DNA from: Rhina ancylostomus
Lineage: Eukaryota
Length of the DNA: 64,000 nt
NCBI GenBank assembly: GCA_030265395.1
Contig: JARFYF010000084.1
Coordinates: forward strand, 81,041,874 to 81,105,873
Direction: 5' to 3'
The notes under the pieces were generated by a model, which had not been told where the DNA came from, did no database searches, and saw only the letters and a list, made by a program, of their open reading frames with translations. A program made the position numbers and the translations under genes. Positions within the stretch are counted from its first letter, which is position 1. Each line of letters opens with the position of its first letter. This document shows positions 26,801 to 38,800 of this stretch, piece by piece.

Positions 26801-29800
26801 TGGTAACAGGCCCTTCCGGCCCAATGAGTCCACGCCACCCATTTTAAACCCCAAATTAACCTACCCNNNNNNNNNNNNNNNNNNNNNNNNNNNNNNNNNN
26901 NNNNNNNNNNNNNNNNNNNNNNNNNNNNNNNNNNNNNNNNNNNNNNNNNNNNNNNNNNNNNNNNNNAAGAATAAGATCAGCCATTTGTTTAGCAAGTGTA
27001 GGGAGATGTTTTCCACTTTAACTGATGAACCATCCAGGTAACAAAGCTATCAGCTCTTATTTGCCTATGAAGTGTAAATCCATCGTTCATACACCCGTTA
27101 TATTTGCTTTTAGTTTCCTGTGTTTTAGACCTTTCAGTAACAGCCTTTACATTTTTTTGAATGTGTTTGTATTCCTTTTCTGTATTGTGGAATTTATGTT
27201 TGGAAAATTGGTTATTTTTCAGGTATTTCTGGTTGAGATGCAAGAAGTTCTATACTGGTGTTATCTGTGCCATTGTAATGTTGCCACAAGATATAGTTAC
27301 AGTATGTTATTGTCACCAAATGGGGGCTTTGCATGTTCTGTATTTCATGTTATGGTGATTGATACACCTGCTTATGCTATACATGATAGGAGATGTTCCT
27401 TGGTGCACTGTCAGGCAACAAAGATGAGATGCTGCCGACACATAGGGTACCTGTAGATGCCCACACCTAAACTGGCAATGAAACACTGAGAATTTTGTCC
27501 CTCAGCCTGTATGCTCAGTTTCCTTTGGGTTATGAATAATGCTGTACATAAGTGTGGGTCCAGTATGATTCTTGTGCTATTTCATCTAATCAGGCAGTTA
27601 ATTCCATTCAATGAAACATTCCAAGACCTAGATAACAACATAATGATGTGCTTATGGTGGACAAGTAGCNNNNNNNNNNTGCTCAAGTATTGAAAAAGAC
27701 TAACGTGCCTCAGTGTTTGGTTTCTGTGCTTGGTAAATGCTGCATTAAATCTCGTGTCTGCATTAAGTTATCGTTAACTCTCATGTGCCAGACAGATGTG
27801 TTTGCTGTCTGCCAATGGTAGCTCTTTGGAATACACCCAGATAAGATTAGTGCTAGGTGGCTGCAGGCATCCTTTCCATTCCATAAGCAAGTAGATACAT
27901 AATTTCATCCATCACGCAGACTTTCCATTTCATCAACTAACATGGTTTCCATTCCATCAATCAATCAATCTTTCCATTTCCTCCATCAGGCATTCTTACC
28001 ATTGATTAGTCAATCATTCCAGTCCATCCTTCAGACATTATTGCAACTCCATCAATTAAGCAGTCCTTCCATTCCATTCATCAGAGAGTCTTTCCATTCC
28101 ATCTGTCAGGCTGAATTTCCTTTTCTATCTGACAGGCATTCTTACCATTCCATCAATCAGACAGTCCAGTCTGTTCTACAGACATTATTGCAACTCCACC
28201 AATCAGGCAGACCATCAATTCCATTCATCCATCAAACATTTCCAAGCGTCATCCACAACTCATCAGCAATTGAAGCATTCCATGCAGCAAGACTTAGACA
28301 GTGTTCTCATGGACTGATAATTGGCAAATAACTTTCACACCACAGATGTGCCAGGCTCTGGCTACTTCCAAATAGAGGGAGTCTAACCACCTACTCTTTC
28401 GTTCATTGTCATTATTGTTGCCAAATCTTACACCTTCAATATCCCAGCATTTACCAGGAACTCATTTGGAACAGTTGGCTAAGTATGCTGGCTACATGAG
28501 CAAGTGATAGGCTGGGTAACCTGGGGTGACTGACTCACATTCCATTGCACCAAACCTCTTCCCCCTCTACAATGCCAGAAGACATATCATTCCAACAGAT
28601 TGGCATGCCATTCTGTCAGACAGGCAGGAGTGTTGTTCCATGAATTGGGCAAGTTTCAATCCTGTCAATCAATTATATTTTTTATTCTGTCCCCGAGGAA
28701 CTATCACTTCATCAATCGGGCCATCTTTTCATTCCATCAATGAGGCAGTCTTTGAATTCCATCATTCATGCGACCACTTCATTCCAGCCATTGGGCAGCG
28801 TGTCCATTCCATCAAGTGGGCAGACTTTCAAATCCATTATCCAGGCACACGTTCTTTTCCAGCCACCTGTCAGACATACTATTTAATCCATGAGGTGGTA
28901 CTTCCATTCCATCCTCCATGCAATCCTTACGCCCCCAAACATAAGGAAGTCTGTCCATTCCATCCATCAGGTGGACTGTCCAATCATTACAGACATTGCA
29001 TTCCATGGATCAGTCAGTCATTCTGTTCATCCAGCAGAATTTCCATTCCATCATTCATGCAATTAATCCATCAGGTAGACCTTCTATCCTTTGGACAGAT
29101 TTGCCATTCTATTAATCAGACCAACATGCCTCTGCATTGATCAGACTAACATTCCCATGTTGAATTTCATTGAAAACTCCTCATCAAATGAAACATTCGT
29201 GCCTGCTTGCAGAAAGTCATACTGACAACAGTCATACTGAGACAACATACTGACATGGATTGCTTATTGGCAAATATTTACACCACAGTAATGCAAGGCT
29301 ATTCACACAACATAATTGTAAGGCTATGACCATCTCCAACAATGATATTCCCACCATCATCCTCTGATGTTTAAGGAAATTATCACTGATAAATTCTACA
29401 CTGTCAATAGTCTAGCATTTACCAGGAAATGAACTACACTAGCTATGTAAGTGTGATGGCTACAAGAGTGGGTTATAAGCAGAGTATCTGGGGTGATTGT
29501 GTCACTGCTGACATGCCAAAGCTTTGCCACCCTCTACAAATGCCATTCCATTAGACAGACATACCATTTCCATCAATCTCCCATGCCAGTCTATCAAGCT
29601 AGCATACTGTTCTATCAGGTAAGCATGCTATTTTATCAATAAGATTTGTTTTTTTTTTAATTTTACTTACAGCGTGGTAACAGGCCCTTCTGGCCCAACA
29701 CGTCCACACCGCCCATTTTAAACCCCAAATTAACCTACCTGTACGTCTTTGGAATGTGGGAGGAAACCGGAGCACCCGGAGGAAACCCACGCAGACGTGG

Positions 29801-32800
29801 GAGAACGTACAAACTCCTTACAGGCAGCGACGGGAATCAAACCCGGGTCGCTGACGCTGTAATAGCATCGTGCTAACCACTACGCTATCGTGCTGCCCCA
29901 ATATTATCCTTAATTTGTTGTTTACTTTGCACAAGTGTATGTATAATTTATATTAATTTAAATTTGTTAACTTGGTTGTCATTTGTAATGTAATGTACTG
30001 CTGCTGCAAAGAGCTAATTAACATAGCATTTATACCATGCACGTATGCCCATGACAATAAACGAAATTACTTCTGTTACAAACTTCCTGTAAGTTGTTTA
30101 GCTAATCTTTCAGTTTTACATACTGGTAGAAGTCAGATTCAACAGTGCAAGCTTGATATCAAATTGAGCACCTCCATTTGGCCTTCCTTCCATTTTTGGA
30201 CATTCTTTAGGCCCCCCTTCAGAGTCCTGCCCACAACATACATTTCTGAAAAGAGGAGGCAACTTTGCTACATGGAGAGAACAGGGCAGTAAAAGACTAG
30301 TGATAGATTTAATAGAGGTGGTCCAATCTCAAGGTGTTTTGATAAGGAGGGAATGTTTCCACTGGCAGATGGATCAGTAGTTGGAGGACACAGTGGTAAA
30401 GTGGCTATAGAAACAGCTGGGAGATGAGAACTTAGACTCAGTGAGTTGCTATCATTTGAAATGGACTATCAGAAAGGCTGGGGAAAATCAGATTCGATTG
30501 TAACTTTCAAAACAGATATATAGCTTAAAGAGAAAGTGCTGCAGCCCTGTGGGACAAGCAGTGTATGACAATCAGGATAGCAGTTTTAAAATATTGACAT
30601 AGCCTGATGGGCCAAATGGCCTTCTCCTTTGCTCAATGATCCTGTAAGCTACTTCCATGTTACAATGATCATTGAAGAAAATATATCCACTGTAATAAAA
30701 TCATGCATAGACAAATACCTCGATCTACAGTGACTCTCAAAACAGTTAAAAGCTGCTTGGAAGATCTCCTGCTTACTTACTTCTGGATGGGTGATTTAAC
30801 TTTGAGCTGGTGGCAAGTTCCACGATAGTAGCACAAGCAGCTCATTCTGTATGCACGCCAAGCCTATTAAAGAGCATTGATCTGCTGGCTGAATGCCTGT
30901 TTACTCTCAGTGATTAATGCAAAACAGTGACATCAATTAGGTGTCCAATACCAGAGTCCTCGTCTGACAAAAGTCAGCCTTTTAGTAATGCCTAATACGC
31001 TGTGCATGTGGGCTTTCAAATATGTTTGTCAAAGTATCAACATCATAGACTTGTTAGCTGGTAGGATTAAATGGACTGTGGCAGTGTGGATATGAATTTG
31101 GCCATAGGACAAGGATAGGTGGTACATGGCTGTTCTCAGGCTGAAAAGAGACATACAGAGGTGTTCCACAGCAGTCAGGATGAGGATGATTGCTCTTTTT
31201 GGTCTCTCAATTTTAAAATCTGTAGGTGACACATAACCAAAAAACATAGTGAGTAGATCTTCAGAAGGGCACAGAGACAGGAATGAGTAAGAAGAACAAG
31301 GAAAGCCATAAAATACACCATGCTATTTTGAATCAGGTGTAGCAACCAAGGAGATGGAGTTGTATGTAGGTGGTGGGATAACTTGAAGTTTAAAAAAAAC
31401 AGGGCAAGGGATCTTTAGTTTATGTACTGAGGCATAGAATGCAAATGATATTAAACCTTTCTCAATCATAGGTTATGCACCCAGATGGAAGACGGTGCTC
31501 AGTACTGAACACCATACCTTAGGAAGGCTCTAGAGAGAGTGCAGAAGAGATTTACTGGAAAGTTGACTTGAACGTGGAGATGGCTCAGTACAGTTAACAA
31601 GTTTACTGAGGAGACAGAAATCAGAAGTGCTGTTGATAGTGAGGAGGATAGTCTCAGGGAGCAGAATGATACTGATCAGTTGGTAAGATGGGCAGAGCAA
31701 TATCAAATGGAATTTAATCCTGGTGAGTAATAAGGCTCAGAGATACACACTGAACGGTAGGGCCTTTGGGAGTACTAAGGAACAGAGGAATTTTCGTTAA
31801 AAAGTCCAAAGATCTTTAAAAAGGTGGCAGTACAGGCAGATAGGATACTTGCCTTCATTAACCAGGCATAGAATATAAGAGCATGGGAGGTCACAGTATA
31901 AAACACTGGCTAGGCCATAGCTGGAGTAATGTGTACAATTCAGGTCACCCACCCTACAGGAAGAATATGACTGCATTGGAGAGGGTGCAGGGGATGGAAT
32001 GCTTCATATACAAGGAGAGACTGGATGGCTGGGTATGTATTCCTTGGATTGAAGCTGGCCAAGGTGGGACCTTGTTGAAGTATACAGTACATAATTATGA
32101 GGGACACAGATAGGGTAAATAGTTGAAAACTTTTCCCCGTAGCAGGGGCATCTAAAGCTCTCTTGCAACATACAAGTATTTACATAAACACTTGAACCAC
32201 CAACACATACAAGTCTACACACCAACTACTAGTAAATGGGATTAGTACAAATAGGTACTTGATGGACATGAAGCAAAGAGCCTGTCCTTGTGCCACACAT
32301 AATGCAGAGATGCCAGACTTGGTGCAGAGAAAACTTTAACAGGAGATGATGTAAATGAAGAACAGATGGAGTAAATGAAAAGAAATAGCAGAGATCACAG
32401 AGTTAACATAAGAGGACCAGAATCAGAAGCTTTTGTTTCAATAGAGCAACTGTGATGATTTGACCTGGGAGGTGGGAAGGATGATTCCACCCATTTCCAC
32501 AGAAAGTTTCTTCCAAATTTATTTATTTTTTAAATTGACTTTTCCTCAGAGACCACAGGAGCTACGGAAGAATCCTGGGTTGAACACATCCAACACCTGC
32601 TTCACTCACTCAACACAACTTTTCCCAAAGAGTTTACCAGCAGGTGTTAGGATCCCAATCAACACATGCAGCGTGCTAAATGTTGTTGAAGCTAATGGGT
32701 GGCCTAAAAATAGACCTGAGAAATGCAACAGTGGCACAGATTAGCTGCAGGATGTTGCATTGGTATTTCAGTCAGCATTGTGGCTCAGAAACAGGCACAA

Positions 32801-35800
32801 AGACAACAAAATCCAATGGCGAGGTGTTACAAGCACAAAGGTATGTCGATAGGAACAAAGCACATGACCTTCCACCATGGCTAAGGGACCAAATGAACAG
32901 AGGCAAAGCAAGCCTGAAAAATCCTGAAAAATAAACTACAAGCACAGAAGCATCCAGAACCAGCCTGGAATCAAATCCCACCAGCAGCAGAATAAAGCAG
33001 ACAGGGTTAGGGGCAGGGTTAGATCTGCGGAGTTAGCGTTAGGTCAAATCCTACAGTTTTAGCAGGAGGCTATGAACGAGATTATTCCTGTAGTTTTAAA
33101 CTGAGATTAGGGACAGGGTTAGTTCTGCTGTAATAGGATACAAGGTTCATGGGTAGGATTAGTCCTGCAGTTAGAGGCTGTAGAGTTATGGGCAGGATTA
33201 GTACTGCAATTATAGACTGAGTGGTTTAGGGATACAGTAAATCCTGCAGTTTTAGGCTGTGAGGTTAGGGGCAGGGTTAGCTCTGCACATACTGGCTCTC
33301 AGGCAAGGGAAGGATTAATTGCACAGTTACTGGCTCTCAGTGGCTAGAGACAGGACAATTATAGGTTGTGGAGCTACAGGTAGGTTAGTCATGACTATAG
33401 GTTGTGGAGTTAGGATGGGGCTCTGTAATTGCAGGAGTGACCCTGCCCCTAACCCCAGAACCTGTAACTGCAGGACTAATCCTACCCCTAACTGCACACA
33501 ATACTCCAAAGTGCTGCCTAACCAGTGTTTTATAAAGTTACCACATAACCTCCCAACTCTTATATTCATGCTCTGACCTACAAGGTAAGCATGCCATATG
33601 CCTTCTACACCACCCCATCTAACTCTGTTGTCACTTTCAGGGAACTACGGACTTGAACACCAAGGTCTCTCTGTTCTTCAGCATTCCTTCATTCCCAATC
33701 ACTTACTGTACATGCTCTGCCCCTTTATGACCTTCCAAAATGCATCATCTTGCACTTGTCAGGGCTAAATTCTATTTTCTAATGTGTCACGCAACTTTAC
33801 ATCTGATCTTTATCCTACTGTAGCCTTGGGCAAGTTCCTCGCTACCCACAACACCTCTAACTTTCCAGTGATATTCAACACTAAAATATAGGTTTTCACT
33901 GCTGGAATCCCAGAATTGGAGCTGGAGAGGGAAGGTCACTTGGCTCATTGAGCCTGTGCCAGCTGTCTGAAAGTGTTTTAGTGATATCCAATCCCCCTTG
34001 AAACTTTTTATTGTACCTGCTTCCTTCGATCATTGAAGCAGTAAACAACAAATCCCCTCCTAAAATTTCCGGTCTGCTGCCAATTAATTTAAAACTGCGT
34101 ACTCTGATTGCTGACTCTCCAGCCAATGGAGACTTCTCCTTAAAATTTTTTGCAAACTATTAATGTGCCCTTAGCTTATTCTGCTCTAATGAGAAAATTA
34201 CAGGTTTCTCAAGCCTCTATAGAACTGGTAATATTCTAGTAAATCCACATTGGATAATATAGAAAGAAGTGACTTAAATGGAATACAAATATTGTGGGAA
34301 GGTTATTTTTATTTTGTTCAGTATTTTTGCACTGCTATTGGCTGTAAACCTGAATGTTGTGTAGCCAGTCAACACGTGCCCAGCCAGGACTTGCTTTCTC
34401 CAAGGGTTTCGGGTTTGAAGGAAGAAAACCCAAGAGGCATTCCCAGAGTGTGGAATCAGGCCCTGTATAACTTTGCAGGAAGACAGTGCTCCATACAACA
34501 GAACCAAGAGCAACCTATCGGAAAGTACTTGATAATTATGGTCAACAACAATGCACTGTTACACAGCACCTTTGCATCATAAGGTACTTTGAAGGAGTAT
34601 AAATCAAAAATCATTTGACAGAACCATAGCTGAGTCATTAGGATAGGTACTCAAAAGCTGAGCAAGGGGATTGATAGAGAGGTGAAGGTTTATAGCAGAA
34701 ATTCCTGAGCTTGGAATAGCTTGAGGAGATGAAGGCTTGCACTCACCTGTCCACTGTTGGCCAAGTCATCTATGGACAGAGATGACTCCAGCCGCACGGA
34801 CAATCCACAGTCACACAGGCAACAGGTCATGTCATTTTTCACCAGTATGTTGGAGCTTTTGAGGTCCCGGTGAGCAATGGGAATCTTTGGCCTACCACAG
34901 GGGGTGTATTCACTGTGCAAGTGGGCGATCCCTCGGGCTAGTGATCCACCTAACAGGCACAGATCCTCCCAGCTCACAACGTGCCTCAGCAGGTAGTCTT
35001 GCAGGTTGCCCTGTGGGTGATAAGCGGTGATCAGCCAGTATTGCTTGCCCATTTCCGTATCACGCTCCTCTGCTGTCAGGAACTGCAGCACATTCTCGTG
35101 CTTCAGGTTGACGTCAGAGCAGATCTCTTTCTCATTCTTCCACGACACATACTCATCGAAGTGGAAGATCTTTGCAGCCACTGTCTCAAACTGTTCGGAG
35201 GTGCTCTGCCGTAGCTTGGCCTTGTAGACCTCAGCAAAGCGGCCCTTGCCTACTACGCCATCCAGCTCCAGGGGCAGCAGCTCAGTGTTGTGGTTGATGT
35301 TGTTGGCACAGGTGGAGCTGATATCAGACTGGTCGTCGTCCAGACGAATGGTGCAACCTTCGCTCCGGTCAATCGGCCCCCGGAGCCGATGGCCCGCCTT
35401 CTTGACCTTCTGATCCTTTGCCCACTCTCTGTTCAGGCTCCTCCGTCTCTGGACCCGGTACAAATAATAACCGAGGATCACCACAGAAGCAATGACGAGC
35501 AGTGGGACGAGCGTGACGAGGACCACCTCGGTGATCAGCTCCTTTTCCAGGTTGTCATCTAAAGTAGATGGATACCAGCAGAGTTGTAACAAAGTAAAGC
35601 AGCCACAATCAGAGCTTACAAAGTAAATCTCTTGAACTGAACATTGAAAACAGGAATTTGGCCAAAACTCAGCCCTCTTAGTTAAGTGTGATCTCCCCTG
35701 AAGGAACACCATATCAAAACAAAACAAATTACACATCTTATGAATGGATCTGGGATTATCAATATTGACCGGTTCTGGTGCATTTGAGCAAAAGGGAATC

Positions 35801-38800
35801 AACGGGGCATTCCAGCTCCTGTAGGTGACACAGGCATCTGGACCTGTTGTCAACTATCTACCTACTGGTTAATCCCTGGGCTCTTAGAAGTGGAGACCCT
35901 GCCTCTTTTTTTTGGAGAATGATGCATTTTTCTTGCTTAACTTTAATACTTAGAAGTTGAGAGTTAACACAGATGACCGTGTCAGTGACTTTACTTACCT
36001 TTTAAATTTTCCAGTAATCCAAGGAACTTTGCCCAGTCTATAATTTTGAGTAGGTTTTTGAAAACAAAACATCTCATCTAACACTCTTCCACATGTACTT
36101 CTTGAATTAAGACTGCATTAGCCACATCTCAACAGCTGTCCTGTGGCTTTGAGGTCAGAAAGTTATGGGTTTAAATCTTGGCACAAGAGGCTTGAATACA
36201 GAATTTTGGCAAATAGTCCCATACAGCACTGGGGGAGTGCCGCACAGTCAGAAGGACTTTCTCTCAGTTAAGATTTTAAATGTCAGCCTCTTTTTTTGAA
36301 AAGTGAATTCAAAAGTTTTCACTGGAATATTTCAAAGTACAAGGTCCTCATTCTTGTATTAGCCAACAATTATTTGAAACAACCATTTCTAATCCACATC
36401 ATCTGATCATCATCACATTTCCACTTGCAAGACCTGGCTGCGTGCAAAGTGGGTACCTTCCTGTGTCACCTCCAAAAAGTGCAAGATGCCTTGGGAGATC
36501 CTGAAGAAGGAACAACATAAATGCAAGCAGTTCCTGTAAAAGTGTGTGGAAAGGAATGAACCAAGCAACTCTCATCACTCTCACCATTCAGTGATGTGTC
36601 TTCAATGGAAGAATACAGCTCAGAAATTGGAAACAAACATGGCCACATCCATAGTGAAACCAACAGAGCATTACAGGACAACATGTTTATAGTACATGGA
36701 TCACATAGGACTATCAGAACTTCTAAGAACAGTGCCTGTTTCCTGTTATGAATCAAAACCTAGATGGCTTAAAAAGGAATGAATGGCACTAAGAGGCCCA
36801 GTCAGATATCCATATTAGAAACTGCAAGGCAAATCCAACACCAAGCACACTGGTTGCAATATCCTCTCAGGAGTTGTAAGCGGTGGTTAAAGCCTTATGT
36901 TTTTACACTTTGCTAGTGAACCATTAATTTTTTTTTAAAAAATCCCTACCTTTTGTATTTAGACTTGATGGGTTAACATGGGTCAATACTGCCTACAAGT
37001 TTACGAGAGCAGTGGAAAAATAACCATGTCTGCTGCAAATCACTTACTCCTGGCAGTAATCCCAAATGGGTTGCTAATAGGAATTGAGCCTAATTTATTA
37101 TATATTTGGGATTAGGTGTTCAACTCACCTGCTGGGAGACAGACATCTTGTAACAATCCCTCATGCACCTCCAAAGAAAACTATCTCACTACTTCAACCT
37201 CCACAGAAACTTTCAACAACAGTATTACACAGATCCAGGGATAGGTTTGCCAGTTCTGATTCATTAATCTTGACATTTCTTCCCCCCTTTTCAGTATTTC
37301 ATAAATATACAAGGAATGAAAAGTACAACTTCTCTCACGGTGGTGCCCAGGAGATTAATTTTTAATTCTAGAGCATTTCAGCACAATCCTGAAAGAGTGA
37401 CAACCCTGAATAGTAAAATAATTGCTTTAAAATGAAGACTACGTCATATTTGTATTATGACAACCACCAATTGATATGAGAGTAGTATAATACAAAAGAG
37501 GCTTATAAAGGTGGGCAAATCCCCAGGACCTGACCAAACCATTATTGGAAGCAAGGAAAGAAATTGATGGGGCCCTGGCAGACTTTTGTACCTTCATTAG
37601 CTATGGGTGAGGTACAGGAACACTAGAGGGTGGCTAATGTTGTGCCTTTATTTAAGGATAATGTTGTGTCTTTATTTAAGGAGGACTGCATGCACAAGCT
37701 GGGGAACTACAGGCCAGTGAGCCAAACATCAGTGGTGAGTAGCTTATTGGAGGGGATTCTACCTACATTTGGAAAGGCAAGGATTGATTAGAAATAGTCA
37801 GCATGACTTTGTGCTTGGGAGATAGTGCCTCATGAATTTAATTTTTGTACTGAAGAGATGACCAAGAGGATTGACAACAATAGGGTAGTTGATGTTGTCT
37901 ACATGGATTTTAGCAAGGCTGTTGACAAGGTCCTGCATGATAGGTTGGTCTGGAAGGAATCACACACAGAATCCAGGGTGAGCTAGCCAACTGGATACAA
38001 AATTGGCTTGGTGGAAGGAGTCAGAGGTTTGTAGTGGAGGAATATTTTTCAGATTGGAGGCCCATGACCAGTGGTGTGCTGTAGGGATTAATGCTGAGTC
38101 CCTTGTTGTTTGTCACATACATTAACAATTTGGACGAGAATGCAGATGACACCAATGTTGGTGGTGTAGTGGACAGTGAAGAAGGTTGTCTAAGATTACA
38201 AAAGCAGCTAAATCAACTGGAAAAGTGGACAAAGGAATTGCAGATAGAACTTAACTCAGACAAGTTGCAAAGTGATATACTTGGGAAGTTAAACCAGGGC
38301 TCGATGTACACAATGAGTGGCAGGGCCTTGTGAAGTGCCATACAAGAGGGAGAACAAAGAATACATGTACAGGTACATGTTCCTCAAAAGTGGAAACACA
38401 GTGAGACGGAGTGATGAAGGCGGTGTATGGCATGCTTGCCTTCATCAGTCAGGGTACTGAGTATAAGAGTTGGGTAACATCATGTCAGTTGCACAAGATG
38501 TTGGTGAGAATGCAAGTGGGGTATCGTGTGCAGTTCTGGTCACCAGACCATAGGAACAATGTGATTAAGGGTGCAGAAAAGATTCAAAAGGACGAAGGGC
38601 TTGAGATACAAGGAGAGGCTGGATACGCTGGAACTGTTTCCCCCCCCCCCCCCCCCCCAGAGTAAAGGTGGTTGAGGGGTGACCTCAGAGGTTTATAAAA
38701 TGACAAGGGTCACAGGCAGTCTTTTCCTGGGCCAGGGGAGTCCAAAACTCTAAACAGAGCAGGATAAGTTTTGTTCTTTACACAGAGGGTGGTGGATATC

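Noticed and set aside
27942-29140. 129-aa and 204-aa ORFs rich in S, I, H, Q, F and P
   Set aside because: Translations of the TTCCA satellite; no domain features or splice structure.
29820-29899. tRNA gene
   Set aside because: The A and B boxes belong to the tRNA-derived head of a SINE.
37636-37683. Tandem duplication of about 24 bp (taatgttgtgyctttatttaagg twice)
   Set aside because: Local slippage inside a dead CR1 copy.
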